Assembly (NCBI GenBank): GCA_965230955.1
Contig: OZ246404.1
Coordinates: 920,790 to 984,789 of the forward strand
Direction of reading: 5' to 3'
DNA from: an uncultured Candidatus Saccharibacteria bacterium
GTDB lineage: Bacteria > Patescibacteriota > CALEFQ01
DNA length: 64,000 nt
Position numbers and translations under genes: made by a program. The notes under the pieces are model-generated. The model made no database searches, was not told the origin of the DNA, and worked only from the letters and a program-made list of their open reading frames with translations. Of this stretch, positions 39,174-49,761 are shown in pieces (within the stretch, counting starts at the first letter, position 1; each line of letters opens with the position of its first letter).

Positions 39174-42100
39174 CTAGGCTACTTTTGGTTCGGTGCGTTC
39201 CGCTTGCTCATCTTGTGTCCGACCGTGTTTTCCGAAGCCGGTACCGGCGGGCAGGAGCTTGCCGATAATAACGTTTTCTTTCAGTCCGCGCAGAGTGTCA
39301 TACCGACCCATGATCGCCGCATCAATTAACACTCGGGCGGTTTCCTGGAAAGAAGCGGCGCTCAAGAAACTTTCGGTCGAGAGCGAAGCTTTGGTGATAC
39401 CCAAAAGCAGAACCTCGTAAGTCGCCAGCTGTTTGCCTTCTTTTTCCATGCGATCATTTTCGCGCATGACATGAGCTTTTTCCACCACATCCCCGGGGAT
39501 AAATTCAGTGTCGCCCGGATTATTGATCCGCACGCGGGAAAGCATCTGGCGAATGATGACTTCAACGTGCTTGTCATTCACTTTCTGGCCTTGCGAGGAA
39601 TAAATATGCTGTACTTCCTTTAGGATATATTTCTGCACCGCGCGCGAACCGCTCAAACGGAAGAGCTGGCGCAAATCGATCGGGCCTTCAGTCAATTGAC
39701 TGCCCTTGACCACCAAATCACCGGTACGAACCCAAAGCGGAGTTTTCAGCGGAACATTATAGGAATTTTCGGCAGAACCGTCCTTTGTAAGTTCGATCAA
39801 ATCTTTTTTGAGATGGACCACGCCGGTCGAAGTGGCAATAATCTTGCCCTCTTTGCTGATGGCCAGTAAATCGCCCTTTTCCACCGTTGCATTGTCTTTG
39901 ACTTTGATTTGACTGCCGGCGGGTAAATTGAACTTGTCGACTTTCAACTCATCGCTGATGATGTGAATAATTTTTTCTTTCTCGGTTTCTTCCACCTTGA
40001 TTTTTCCGTTGACTTCCGCCACCACAGCCGGTTTGGCAATCGGTCGAGCTTCAAACAATTCTTCAACCCGGGGAAGACCCTGAGTAATATCACCGACGCC
40101 GGCGACACCACCGGTATGGAAAGTTCGCATAGTCAGCTGGGTACCGGGTTCACCGATCGACTGCGCTGCTATAATTCCGGCGGCTAAACCGTTTTCAGCC
40201 AGTTCATTGCGTCCAAGATCAAGACCATAGCACCGGGCGCAAGCCCCATAACGCGATTCACAGGTCATAACCGATCGAATGCGCACATCTTTAATGTCCA
40301 TTTCTTTCAGTTTGGCGCGATGATTTTCAGTGACAGTTTCACCTTTTTTGACAATGACCTTTTTCGTTTTGGGATCAACAATGTCTTGCAAAACTGTTCG
40401 GCCAAGAATACGACCAATCACCGTCTCGCCCATTTCTTCGCTGTCTTTTTTGGTAATGTCGATTCCTGTGTCATCGCCGCAATCCAATTCTTCGATAACT
40501 ACATCCTGAGCCACATCAACCAGACGGCGAGTCAAATATCCGGCATTGGCCGTGCGCAAAGCTGTATCGGACAAACCCTTGCGAGCGCCGTGAGTGGAAA
40601 TGAAATATTCCAGCACCGAAAGACCTTCTTTGAAACTTCCGGTGACCGGCAACTCGATTGTCCGACCGGCCGGATTGGCCATCAAACCGCGCATACCCAT
40701 CAACTGGGTCGTCTGCGCCCAAGAACCGCGCGCGCCAGAATCAATCATGGCGAAGACGGCGCTATCGTGATCAATATTGTCTTCGACCGCTTTTGAAACT
40801 TCCTCACGGACTTTAGACCAAATTTCGATAACTTTTTGATAACGTTCATCATCGGTCAACAAACCGGACTTGTATTGAGCTTTGACTTCTTCCACTTCGT
40901 GCTTGGCTTTTTCGATCAAGCTTTTCTTTTCGGTCGGAGCGGTCAAGTCAGCCGAGGCCAGGGTAATTCCCGACAGCGTCAAATAAGCAAAACCGGTGTC
41001 TTTGATCCGATCAATTAGTTCGACTGCTATTTCGCGACCATATTGGTGCAAAGCTTTAGCGATAATTTTGGCCAAAGATTTTTTGTTCATCGTTTCGTTG
41101 ATGAAACGCATTTCCTTCGGCAGAATATTGTTAAACAGAATCCGACCCACGCAAGTTTCGATGATCTGACCCGGTTCCAGGCGGACTTTGATCATGGCTT
41201 TCAGGTGCAAACGCTTCATATCATAGGCTAAGATCGCTTCGTGCTTATCCGCGAAAGTGTGTCCGGCACCGAGCAAGTCTTTTTCCGGGCGAGTCATGTA
41301 GTAACAGCCCAACACCATATCTTGAGACGGAGCGGTCACCGGTTCGCCGGTGGAAGGCCGCAATAAATTTTTGGTGGAGAGCATAATATTGGCCGCTTCA
41401 AACCGAGCCATTTTGGTCAGCGGAACGTGGACAGCCATCTGGTCACCGTCAAAATCGGCATTGAAAGGCGAACAAACCATCGGATGAATTCGAATCGCCT
41501 TACCTTCAATCAATATCGGCTGGAAAGCCTGGATACCCAAACGATGCAATGTCGGCGCGCGATTGAGCAACACGTGGTGGCCGGCAATCACTTTTTCCAG
41601 AGCATCCCAAACTTCCGGACGAGATTGTTCGATCAATTTACCGGCACTACGAACATTATGAGCAAATTCTTTTTTGATCAGTTCGGCAATCACGAAAGGT
41701 TTGTAGAGCTCGAGCGCCATAATTTTCGGTAAACCGCATTCATGCAATTTCAAATTCGGACCGACCACGATAACCGAACGGCCGGAATAATCAACGCGCT
41801 TACCGAGCAAGTTCTGGCGGAAACGTCCCTGCTTGCCGCGCAACATATCAGCCAAAGATTTCAGAATGCGGCGCTGTCCGGTCGAAGCTTGGACCGCTTT
41901 TCCGCGACGGGCGTTATTATCAATCAAAGCATCGACAGCTTCCTGCAACATGCGTTTTTCATTGCGCTGAATAACATCCGGTGCTCCCAATTCTTTGAGG
42001 CGCTTGAGACGATTATTACGATTAATGACCCGGCGATACAAATCGTTTAAATCCGAAGCGGCATAGCGGCCGCCGTCAAGCTGAACCATCGGGCGCAGAT

Positions 42101-43058
42101 CGGGCGGAATAACCGGCAAGGCGGTCATGACCATCCACTCCGGCCGAATTTCGGCGATCATCATCCCTTTGATATACTTCAAGCGTTTCATGATCCGTTT
42201 GCGGTTGGCCACATTGGTATCATTCAGATCGTTTTCCAGACCAGCCACCAATTTCGGCAAGTGCACTTTTTCCAATAATTTTCGGATCGCTTCCGCACCG
42301 ATACCAGCTTCGAAAACATGTCCGTATTTCATGGAAAGATCACGATACTCCAATTCGGAAATGATCCGCAATGACTTTAGGTCGCGCAGTTCTTTTTTGG
42401 CAATATCAAAAGCCTCGGTCAATTTATCAAGGTCACCGATTTTGGCTTCATGATTGGAAACCATATTTGATTCCACCTTGTTTTCGACCGATTTTTTGTC
42501 ACCCTTGTTTTCCGCCAGGGCTTTGGCGCGCTTTTGGTTGAGAGCGGCCGCCAGAGCTTCGTATTTGGTTTCGATTTCTTTCTTTTTCACTTTGAACTCA
42601 GCCTTGATCTGCTTCAGCGCTTCTTCCCGGGCATGTTCGTCTACTTTGGTAATAATGTAGCTGGCAAAGTAGATAACTTTTTCCAATTCTTGGCTAGACT
42701 TGTCTAAAACCAAGCCAATTTTGCTGGGGACACCGCGTAAAAACCAAATATGAGCCACCGGGACAGCCAGATCAATATGCCCCATCCGCTCGCGGCGCAC
42801 CACCGAACGGGTAACTTCGACCCCGCACTTATCGCAAACCACGCCTTTGTAGCGAATCCGCTTGTATTTACCGCAGTAGCATTCCCAATCCTTGGTCGGA
42901 CCGAAAATTTTCTCGCAGAACAAACCATCGCGCTCCGGTCGCTGAGTACGATAATTAATGGTTTCCGGTTTGAGAATCTCGCCGTGAGACCATTCATGAA
43001 TTTTCTCGGGCGAAGCCAGTTTTAAACGAACGGCTTCGAAATCCATTGATTGAGACAT
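39174..43058 (-). CDS. rpoC: DNA-directed RNA polymerase subunit beta-prime
   Basis: It contains NADFDGDQMAVH, a zinc-binding CxxC N-terminus, and bridge-helix and trigger-loop regions. It is 1294 aa long. Confidence 0.95.
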   Translation of the reverse strand: MSQSMDFEAVRLKLASPEKIHEWSHGEILKPETINYRTQRPERDGLFCEKIFGPTKDWECYCGKYKRIRYKGVVCDKCGVEVTRSVVRRERMGHIDLAVPVAHIWFLRGVPSKIGLVLDKSSQELEKVIYFASYIITKVDEHAREEALKQIKAEFKVKKKEIETKYEALAAALNQKRAKALAENKGDKKSVENKVESNMVSNHEAKIGDLDKLTEAFDIAKKELRDLKSLRIISELEYRDLSMKYGHVFEAGIGAEAIRKLLEKVHLPKLVAGLENDLNDTNVANRKRIMKRLKYIKGMMIAEIRPEWMVMTALPVIPPDLRPMVQLDGGRYAASDLNDLYRRVINRNNRLKRLKELGAPDVIQRNEKRMLQEAVDALIDNNARRGKAVQASTGQRRILKSLADMLRGKQGRFRQNLLGKRVDYSGRSVIVVGPNLKLHECGLPKIMALELYKPFVIAELIKKEFAHNVRSAGKLIEQSRPEVWDALEKVIAGHHVLLNRAPTLHRLGIQAFQPILIEGKAIRIHPMVCSPFNADFDGDQMAVHVPLTKMARFEAANIMLSTKNLLRPSTGEPVTAPSQDMVLGCYYMTRPEKDLLGAGHTFADKHEAILAYDMKRLHLKAMIKVRLEPGQIIETCVGRILFNNILPKEMRFINETMNKKSLAKIIAKALHQYGREIAVELIDRIKDTGFAYLTLSGITLASADLTAPTEKKSLIEKAKHEVEEVKAQYKSGLLTDDERYQKVIEIWSKVREEVSKAVEDNIDHDSAVFAMIDSGARGSWAQTTQLMGMRGLMANPAGRTIELPVTGSFKEGLSVLEYFISTHGARKGLSDTALRTANAGYLTRRLVDVAQDVVIEELDCGDDTGIDITKKDSEEMGETVIGRILGRTVLQDIVDPKTKKVIVKKGETVTENHRAKLKEMDIKDVRIRSVMTCESRYGACARCYGLDLGRNELAENGLAAGIIAAQSIGEPGTQLTMRTFHTGGVAGVGDITQGLPRVEELFEARPIAKPAVVAEVNGKIKVEETEKEKIIHIISDELKVDKFNLPAGSQIKVKDNATVEKGDLLAISKEGKIIATSTGVVHLKKDLIELTKDGSAENSYNVPLKTPLWVRTGDLVVKGSQLTEGPIDLRQLFRLSGSRAVQKYILKEVQHIYSSQGQKVNDKHVEVIIRQMLSRVRINNPGDTEFIPGDVVEKAHVMRENDRMEKEGKQLATYEVLLLGITKASLSTESFLSAASFQETARVLIDAAIMGRYDTLRGLKENVIIGKLLPAGTGFGKHGRTQDEQAERTEPKVA

Positions 43059-43089
43059 AGGAAAATATGTAAAGGTTAAAGAAACTTAA

Positions 43090-46000
43090 TTATTTCTTCT
43101 TGGCCTCTTTGGGTTTGTCCTTCTTTTTTTTGGAATCCGATTTCGGCTCCTGGATTGCTAAATCCGCCCGGCCTTTTTCTTCCAATTGGGCGGCTTTCTT
43201 TGCCTCTCGAGAAGCCTCGCGCCCATCATCAAATTGCTCGATCAAATCAACATCCAAGGCTAAGCCTTTCAATTCATTGACCAAAACGTCGAATGAAGCC
43301 GGGACATTCGGTTTGCGGATCGGTTCGCCTTTCACTATCGATTCGTAAGTTTTGGAACGACCCAGCACATCATCGGATTTGATCGTCAAAATTTCTTGGA
43401 GCATATGCGCCGCGCCGTAAGCTTCCAGCGCCCAGACTTCCATTTCACCAAAACGCTGTCCGCCGAATTGCGCCTTGCCGCCCAACGGTTGCTGAGTCAC
43501 CAAGGAGTAGGGACCGATCGAACGTTGGTGAACTTTGTCTTCCACCAAATGGTGCAGTTTCATCATATACATAATGCCCACCGTCGTCTGGCGATCAAAA
43601 GCATCGCCGGTGCGGCCGTCATAAAGCTGGACTTTGCCATTTTCGGGCAGGCCGGCCTTTTTCAACTCTTCACGAATGGTCGCTTCGCTGACGCCGTCCA
43701 GGGCGGGTGACGCGACCAGATAACCTAAGCGCTTGGCCGCCCAACCCAAATGGGTTTCCAAAATCTGTCCCAAGTTCATACGAGAAGTAACGCCCAAAGG
43801 ACTCAGGATGATATCAACCGGCGTACCGTCGGCCAAAAATGGCATATCAGCTTCTGGAATTACCAGCGAGATGACACCTTTGTTTCCGTGACGGCCGGCC
43901 ATCTTGTCACCGACTTGAACTTTGCGTAATTTAGCCACGCTGACTTGGATTGTTTTAATAACTCCGGTCGGCAATTTGTCGCCCTGCTCACGCGAGAAAA
44001 TTTTGACATCGACTATTTTTCCATATTCGCCATGAGGCAAATTCAGTGAAGAGTCTTTAACATCACGGGCTTTTTCACCAAAGATCGCGCGCAAGAGGCG
44101 CTCTTCCGGGGTCAGATCGGCTTCCCCTTTGGGAGTGATTTTTCCCACCAGAATATCGCCGGCGCTGACTTTGGCTCCGATGCGGACAATACCTTCTTCG
44201 TCTAAGTCTTTCAGTTTTTCTTCGCCGATATTTGGGATATCGCGAGTCACGACTTCAGGCCCCAGCTTGGTATCACGGACATCAACGGTAAAATCTTCGA
44301 TGTGAATCGAACTATAGCGGTCCTCGCGAACAATTCTTTCCGAAATCAGCACGGCGTCTTCATAGTTGCCGCCCAGCCACGACAAGAAAGCAACCAGCAC
44401 ATTTTGTCCGAGCGCTAATTCGCCTTTGTCGATCGAGGATCCGTCGGCCAAAACATCGCCGGCCTTGATCTTATCGCCAACCGAGACGACCGGTTTTTGA
44501 TTAATACAAGTGGACTGGTTAGAACGTTCAAAGCTGTGCAGGTGGTATTCTTCCACATCGCCCTTCGCCGTCAGAATTGAAATATGAGCGGCATCTGATT
44601 CGATCACTTTTCCATCGGAAGCGGCCACGATTAATTGTCCGGAGTCACGCGCCACTTTGCTCTCAATCCCGGTACCGACAATCGGCGCTTCAGGCTTGAT
44701 ACAGCAAACCGCCTGGCGTTGCATATTGGAACCCATCAAAGCGCGGTTGGCATCGTCATGTTCCACAAAAGGAATCAACGCAGTAGTGGCGCTAATAAAC
44801 TGCTTGGCGCTGACATCGACAAAATCAACCTTGCCGGTCGGCGCGTGCAGCGGCTCGCCATAGACGCGGATCTCGGATTTATCCTGGACAAAATATCCGG
44901 TGTTTTCATCGATCGGAGTTGTGGCCGGAGCGGTAACGGATTTTTCTTCTTCAAAAGCGTCGAGATAAATGATCTCATTGGTCACCAGAGATTTTATCTG
45001 GACTGCCGGCACACCAGCCGCGGAAATCTGCTTGGCCACCGCTTCGGTAATTTCGGTATCGATGGGCACAATTTCTTTCTGGGTTTTGGGATCAAGCACT
45101 TCCTTGAAAGTAATTTTGCCGACTAAATTTTTGGTATCACTGCCCTTGATTTCTTTCAGAACTTTACGATAAGGGGTTTCGATAAAACCGTATTCATTGA
45201 TATGAGAAAAAGACGCCAAGTGTCCGACCAAACCGATATTCGGACCTTCCGGAGTTTCAATCGGACAAATGCGGCCATAGTGGGAAGAATGGACATCACG
45301 AACATCAAACCCCGCTCGTTCGCGCGAAAGGCCACCAGGCCCCATGGCAGACAAACGGCGTTTGTGAGCCAACTCGGCCAAAGGATTGGTTTGATCCATG
45401 AACTGGGACAACTGCGAGGAAGTAAAAAATTCGCGGATCGCTGCAATTACCGGCCTGGCATTGATCAGCTGACTAGGGGTAACTGACTCGGCTGAGATGG
45501 TCGACATACGGTCGATCACGATACGTTCCATACGAGCCAAACCGATTCGAAATTTATTTTGGAGAAGTTCGCCAACGGCACGCACGCGACGATTGCCAAG
45601 ATGATCGATATCATCCGGCTTACCGCCTTCTTTATTGAGACGAATAATTTCACTGATGATTTTGATCAAATCAGCTTTCTGCATCACGCGCGTCTGTTTG
45701 TTGTTTTCCGTTTTCAGTCCCAGGCGTTGATTCATCTTATAGCGGCCGACACGACCGAGATCGTAACGATCGAAATTGAAAAACATCGATTCGATCATTT
45801 GCTTGGCATTATCGACAGTCGCCAAATCACCCGGACGGATACGTTTGTAGACTTCTTTTAAGCCTTCGCCGACATTGGTTGAGGAATCTTTCCCCAGAGT
45901 GACATCGATATAATTCTTATCGGGACCGGAATCAATCCCGGTGAAAAGCTTCTTAATTTCTTCATTACTGCCGTAACCAAAAGCCCGCAACAGCGCCGTG

Positions 46001-46584
46001 ACAGCCACTTTGCGTTTGCGGTCAATTTTCACGAAAATCGCACCATTGTAATCAGTCTCGAATTCCAGCCAAGCTCCGCGATTAGGGATAATTTTGGCGC
46101 CATAAACCGCCTGTCCCTTTATCAAGTCTTGGGTAAAGAAAACTCCCGGAGAGCGGATCAGTTGGGAAACGACGACGCGCTCGACCCCGTTGACGATAAA
46201 AGTTCCGCGCGGAGTCATCATGGGAAAATCACCCAGGTAAATTTCCTGCTCTTTGATTTCCGAAGTTTTCTTGTTTACCAGTTTAGCGTTGACTCGCAAC
46301 GGCACTTCGTAGGTGATGTTTTTTTCTTTAGCCCGTTTTTCCGTGTATTTGGGCTCATCGAAAGTATAATCCAAAAACGACAGTTCGAAATCTGTCTCTT
46401 GATAATCTCTGATGGGGGAAACCTCTTCGAATAATTCTTTCAACCCCTTGTCCATGAACCACTTGAACGATTCTTTCTGAACATCGATCAAGTCCGGTAA
46501 AGCCATAGAATCGGGAGTCGTCGAAAAAAACTTGCGCGCTGAAATTCTCGGTTGATTTAGCGCACTTTTCTTTTTAGTTGGCAT
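43090..46584 (-). CDS. rpoB: DNA-directed RNA polymerase subunit beta
   Basis: It shows canonical beta-subunit motifs throughout. The likely start is MPTKKK, which has an AAGGGG SD; the ORF track extends the frame to 46611. Confidence 0.95.
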   Translation of the reverse strand: MPTKKKSALNQPRISARKFFSTTPDSMALPDLIDVQKESFKWFMDKGLKELFEEVSPIRDYQETDFELSFLDYTFDEPKYTEKRAKEKNITYEVPLRVNAKLVNKKTSEIKEQEIYLGDFPMMTPRGTFIVNGVERVVVSQLIRSPGVFFTQDLIKGQAVYGAKIIPNRGAWLEFETDYNGAIFVKIDRKRKVAVTALLRAFGYGSNEEIKKLFTGIDSGPDKNYIDVTLGKDSSTNVGEGLKEVYKRIRPGDLATVDNAKQMIESMFFNFDRYDLGRVGRYKMNQRLGLKTENNKQTRVMQKADLIKIISEIIRLNKEGGKPDDIDHLGNRRVRAVGELLQNKFRIGLARMERIVIDRMSTISAESVTPSQLINARPVIAAIREFFTSSQLSQFMDQTNPLAELAHKRRLSAMGPGGLSRERAGFDVRDVHSSHYGRICPIETPEGPNIGLVGHLASFSHINEYGFIETPYRKVLKEIKGSDTKNLVGKITFKEVLDPKTQKEIVPIDTEITEAVAKQISAAGVPAVQIKSLVTNEIIYLDAFEEEKSVTAPATTPIDENTGYFVQDKSEIRVYGEPLHAPTGKVDFVDVSAKQFISATTALIPFVEHDDANRALMGSNMQRQAVCCIKPEAPIVGTGIESKVARDSGQLIVAASDGKVIESDAAHISILTAKGDVEEYHLHSFERSNQSTCINQKPVVSVGDKIKAGDVLADGSSIDKGELALGQNVLVAFLSWLGGNYEDAVLISERIVREDRYSSIHIEDFTVDVRDTKLGPEVVTRDIPNIGEEKLKDLDEEGIVRIGAKVSAGDILVGKITPKGEADLTPEERLLRAIFGEKARDVKDSSLNLPHGEYGKIVDVKIFSREQGDKLPTGVIKTIQVSVAKLRKVQVGDKMAGRHGNKGVISLVIPEADMPFLADGTPVDIILSPLGVTSRMNLGQILETHLGWAAKRLGYLVASPALDGVSEATIREELKKAGLPENGKVQLYDGRTGDAFDRQTTVGIMYMMKLHHLVEDKVHQRSIGPYSLVTQQPLGGKAQFGGQRFGEMEVWALEAYGAAHMLQEILTIKSDDVLGRSKTYESIVKGEPIRKPNVPASFDVLVNELKGLALDVDLIEQFDDGREASREAKKAAQLEEKGRADLAIQEPKSDSKKKKDKPKEAKKK

Positions 46585-47185
46585 AAAAAGAGCCCCTTTT
46601 ATTGCCCCCATCCGCGAGACCTGGTCTCGAGTGTGGGAGTGGAGATAAAATGGTTTTATTAAACTAGCAATTTTACGCTAGAGATAGACCAATTTGTGCA
46701 TACTGCACCGACAGTAGCAGTATAATAGAGAGTTGTCAAGGCTTTTCACCCTAGTTTGCCTTGGAAATGGTATTTGAGCGATAAAAACGCTTAATACAGC
46801 TAAACAATACCCGAAAGAACCGATTTCTCTCGGCTTAGCCTGAGGAGATTATTCAATTAGTGTAGTATAGCAGAAATGCAGCTAAAAAGTTATCCACAGG
46901 TTAGTGATGCGATAAATGGTAATAATAAGCAAATAATTCTTGACGAAATAATAACCGCATAGTAGTCTTTTTAATAACCAGATCCTCTTGTATTTCAATT
47001 ACTGACAGGAACACTTACCGGCGAGTTTTTTGGGGTCATGGTTTCTAATCGAGGAGGAACCTTGAGAGACGCCCGGTTTTAAAACTGGTAGTAAAGACTG
47101 CAGGGGGATTGAATTAGCGGAGGAAGCCGAAAGGCACAGAAAATGGTGCTCGAAAGAGCTAGAAAAACGGCGGCGCCTCGATACT

Positions 47186-47217
47186 GACCTCATCTGTAAA
47201 GATGGGGTCTTTTTTTA
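47186..47217 (+). terminator. strong plus-strand rho-independent terminator within the rpoB upstream noncoding region
   Basis: The sequence reads GACCTCATCtgtaaaGATGGGGTC followed by TTTTTTT. No annotated plus-strand gene lies upstream of it. Confidence 0.6.
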
Positions 47218-47299
47218 TCTCTGATTACACCGAACCCCATATTGGCAAATTCTTCGACGCCCAAAACATCGGTCGGCCCCACTTTTGACTTTTGACTTT

Positions 47300-49519
47300 T
47301 TACTTAATCTCGTATCCCCCCGCCACTTCCCCGCTCAAACGATCAACATACACCGCTTTTTTGCCTTCCGGGAAAGTAAACCAAACGACATAGCAGGGCC
47401 GCTCAAATTCTGACAAGAAAGGTTTCATGGTATTCGGACTGGTATTCATCACCACTTGTTGTTCCGCTTCCACCGGTACGGCTCCCGGATCAACGCCCAA
47501 ATATGCGGCGGCGGTCTCGATGGCCGTCCCGACCTTGATAAATTGAGCCTGGTCTTGCTCGGTAATTTTGTAAATCAGGATCGAAGAATCAATTTCATAA
47601 TCAGGCTGGCGCGGCAAAATCCGGACATAGGAAACCTCCCCACTCTTGCGGGCGTAGAATTCGCTCATCTGATAAAAAGTCGCACTCACCGCCAAATAAG
47701 AACCGACCGGAGGTAAACCCATCTTGGAGTGCCAGCTGGTCACTCGATCTGCCGCCAAGGAATGGCGCGGAACGCCGCCGCCAAAATAATCGACGTAAAT
47801 ATGATCAATATTGTTGTACTCCACCCAGCGCGCCAAGCGATTGAGATCCTGTCCCCAATCAAGATTGGAATCGACTAAATAGCGATAAGCATTCTGTTTC
47901 GAACCGATAGTTTCATTGAAATAAGACAGATAATACGGATAGGCCAGGAAATTTCCGCCCACCAACCAAACCAACAGCATAATCACGAGAATGACGGCAA
48001 TCTTTAATTTGCCGTCTTTTTGGGTCTCCAGCGCTCGTCGCCGCAGATTGCGCAACCAGAAAATAATCGCCCCGCCCAATAGCACATAGATAAACGGGAA
48101 GATCGGCAGCATCCAGCGCAAACCGATATTAGCCTTGGAGCGAATACCGAGGAAGAGGAACATCGCGATCAGAGCCAGCATGACAAATACATCCCAGCGC
48201 AACCACACCAGTTTGCAAAATTTTTCCCACCCTCGACGAGCTCGAGTTGGGGGCGTTATGAAATCCAAAGAATTAACGGCACCGCTCGGCCCATTGATTT
48301 GATAACCGGGAGTGAGTTTCGGCCAATTGCGCCGGACTACCACCAACCCCAGGATCACGGCGATCACGCAGAAAATCATAATCGGGATCGGCGTCTTCAA
48401 GAAAAAAGCATCCAGGTAGTAATGCCACCAACCTTCATTCTGGTAATCACCCATCAAGAAAGCGCTGTTTCCCCCATCCACCCGCGCGAAAACCATCAAG
48501 ACACCCAGCGCATAGGTGGAAAAAGCTTTTCCGCCAGGAATTTGATCCAGCGCGTGCAAAGCGGAACGTCCCAGACTGGCCACCGCGGTATCTTGGGGCA
48601 GTGATTCATCGATCAACTGGGCATGCGTTTCCAGCGACATATTTTGGGTGTGGTGCAAATACGGAATGACGATCAGGAGATGCCCGATGATGAAAATAAG
48701 AATCAAGCCGATCACATAAATCCACAACCGTTTACCCCACTGACTTTTCAGCTTGAGCGATCCCAGCCAATCTTTGATTTGCTCACGCCGAACAAAAACA
48801 GCTACCAGCGCCAAAAGGATAAAGAAGGGAATAAGGGTCACGGCGCTGAATTTGGCCAGAGAAGCCAGCGCGAAAGAAACCGTCGCCGCCAACATCGTCC
48901 CCCAGCCTGGCTTTTTGATGAACTTGGTAAAATAATAAACCGAAATGAACATGAAAACCGTGACGCCGAAATCGGTGGTGACATAATGAGAATGGGCAAT
49001 GATATTCGGACAAAAAGCATAAAGCAAAGTCGCCAATAAACCGGCTTTTACTCCGAATAATTCTTTGGCCCATTTGTAGACAAAAATACCGAGGACGAAC
49101 AGCAACAGCATCGGCAAAAATCTGGTATAGCGAAACATCATTTCCGGATCGTTGCCTCGTTCGTAAATAAAAGTCCAGCCGGTTTGCCATTGGCCGTTTA
49201 TTTCATCGGTCCAAGCGGGAATGTCGTCGGGAAAATCAATATCTTTGACAAACAATAAAGGTAGAGCCGCCAAATCTTTTATCAAAGGCGGGTGTTCCGG
49301 ATTGAGACGATAATCGCCATACTTTAAATAAGAGTAACCGGCCGGAATATGCGCAATCTCATCAACAATGCCCGAATCGCTCGGCTGATCGCCGCCAAAA
49401 GGAATGGTCCCGGCCGAACTGAAGAAAGAAATTAAAAACATGACAAATAACAAAATAGCCACGATGGCGCGAGGGTGCTTGGGATTCCAAGTGTGCCAAG
49501 TTTTTGTTTTTGGTTCCAT
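47300..49519 (-). CDS. PMT/ArnT-family (GT-C fold) phospholipid-carrier-dependent glycosyltransferase with a C-terminal soluble domain
   Basis: It has about 11 N-terminal TM helices with the first-loop D-E motif region (IVDEIAH...), giving a GT39/GT83-like architecture. A C-terminal domain of about 200 aa follows. Confidence 0.65.
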   Translation of the reverse strand: MEPKTKTWHTWNPKHPRAIVAILLFVMFLISFFSSAGTIPFGGDQPSDSGIVDEIAHIPAGYSYLKYGDYRLNPEHPPLIKDLAALPLLFVKDIDFPDDIPAWTDEINGQWQTGWTFIYERGNDPEMMFRYTRFLPMLLLFVLGIFVYKWAKELFGVKAGLLATLLYAFCPNIIAHSHYVTTDFGVTVFMFISVYYFTKFIKKPGWGTMLAATVSFALASLAKFSAVTLIPFFILLALVAVFVRREQIKDWLGSLKLKSQWGKRLWIYVIGLILIFIIGHLLIVIPYLHHTQNMSLETHAQLIDESLPQDTAVASLGRSALHALDQIPGGKAFSTYALGVLMVFARVDGGNSAFLMGDYQNEGWWHYYLDAFFLKTPIPIMIFCVIAVILGLVVVRRNWPKLTPGYQINGPSGAVNSLDFITPPTRARRGWEKFCKLVWLRWDVFVMLALIAMFLFLGIRSKANIGLRWMLPIFPFIYVLLGGAIIFWLRNLRRRALETQKDGKLKIAVILVIMLLVWLVGGNFLAYPYYLSYFNETIGSKQNAYRYLVDSNLDWGQDLNRLARWVEYNNIDHIYVDYFGGGVPRHSLAADRVTSWHSKMGLPPVGSYLAVSATFYQMSEFYARKSGEVSYVRILPRQPDYEIDSSILIYKITEQDQAQFIKVGTAIETAAAYLGVDPGAVPVEAEQQVVMNTSPNTMKPFLSEFERPCYVVWFTFPEGKKAVYVDRLSGEVAGGYEIK

Positions 49520-49761
49520 ATTTTGCTTATTTATTTGACTCTACTATTATATCGTATTGGGCCGTATTTACCAAGCGCAAAATGCCAAAGGAAAATTGGC
49601 CTAAAAAATTAATAATTACTCGGTCCGCCGATTTAGCGATGACGCGCCACCTCGCCGGCGGGCGGAATTATATTTATTAAGTTAATAATTCCAACCATAT
49701 TTTTCTCTTGATTTTTTTCATATAAAATGTTAGACTATTGAGGAACCTAAAGATCGCCTAA

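Noticed and set aside
40320-45861. Many 60-160-aa plus-strand ORFs within rpoC and rpoB
   Set aside because: All are antisense to the RNA polymerase genes, and none has a ribosome-binding site.
46999-47193. 64-aa minus-strand ORF in the rpoB upstream noncoding region
   Set aside because: It has no SD and an Arg/Ser-rich composition. It overlaps a plus-strand terminator hairpin, so the region is more likely noncoding RNA or regulatory DNA.
46770-47217. RNase P RNA, SRP RNA or tmRNA in the rpoB upstream region
   Set aside because: I searched by eye for the conserved cores. These are AGGAAAGTCCGGGC and ACAGAANCCGGCTTA for RNase P, GGTCCGGAAGGAAGCAGC for SRP, and GGTTCGANTCC-CCACCA for tmRNA. 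I found none of them. The region is kept only as a candidate for an unclassified ncRNA.
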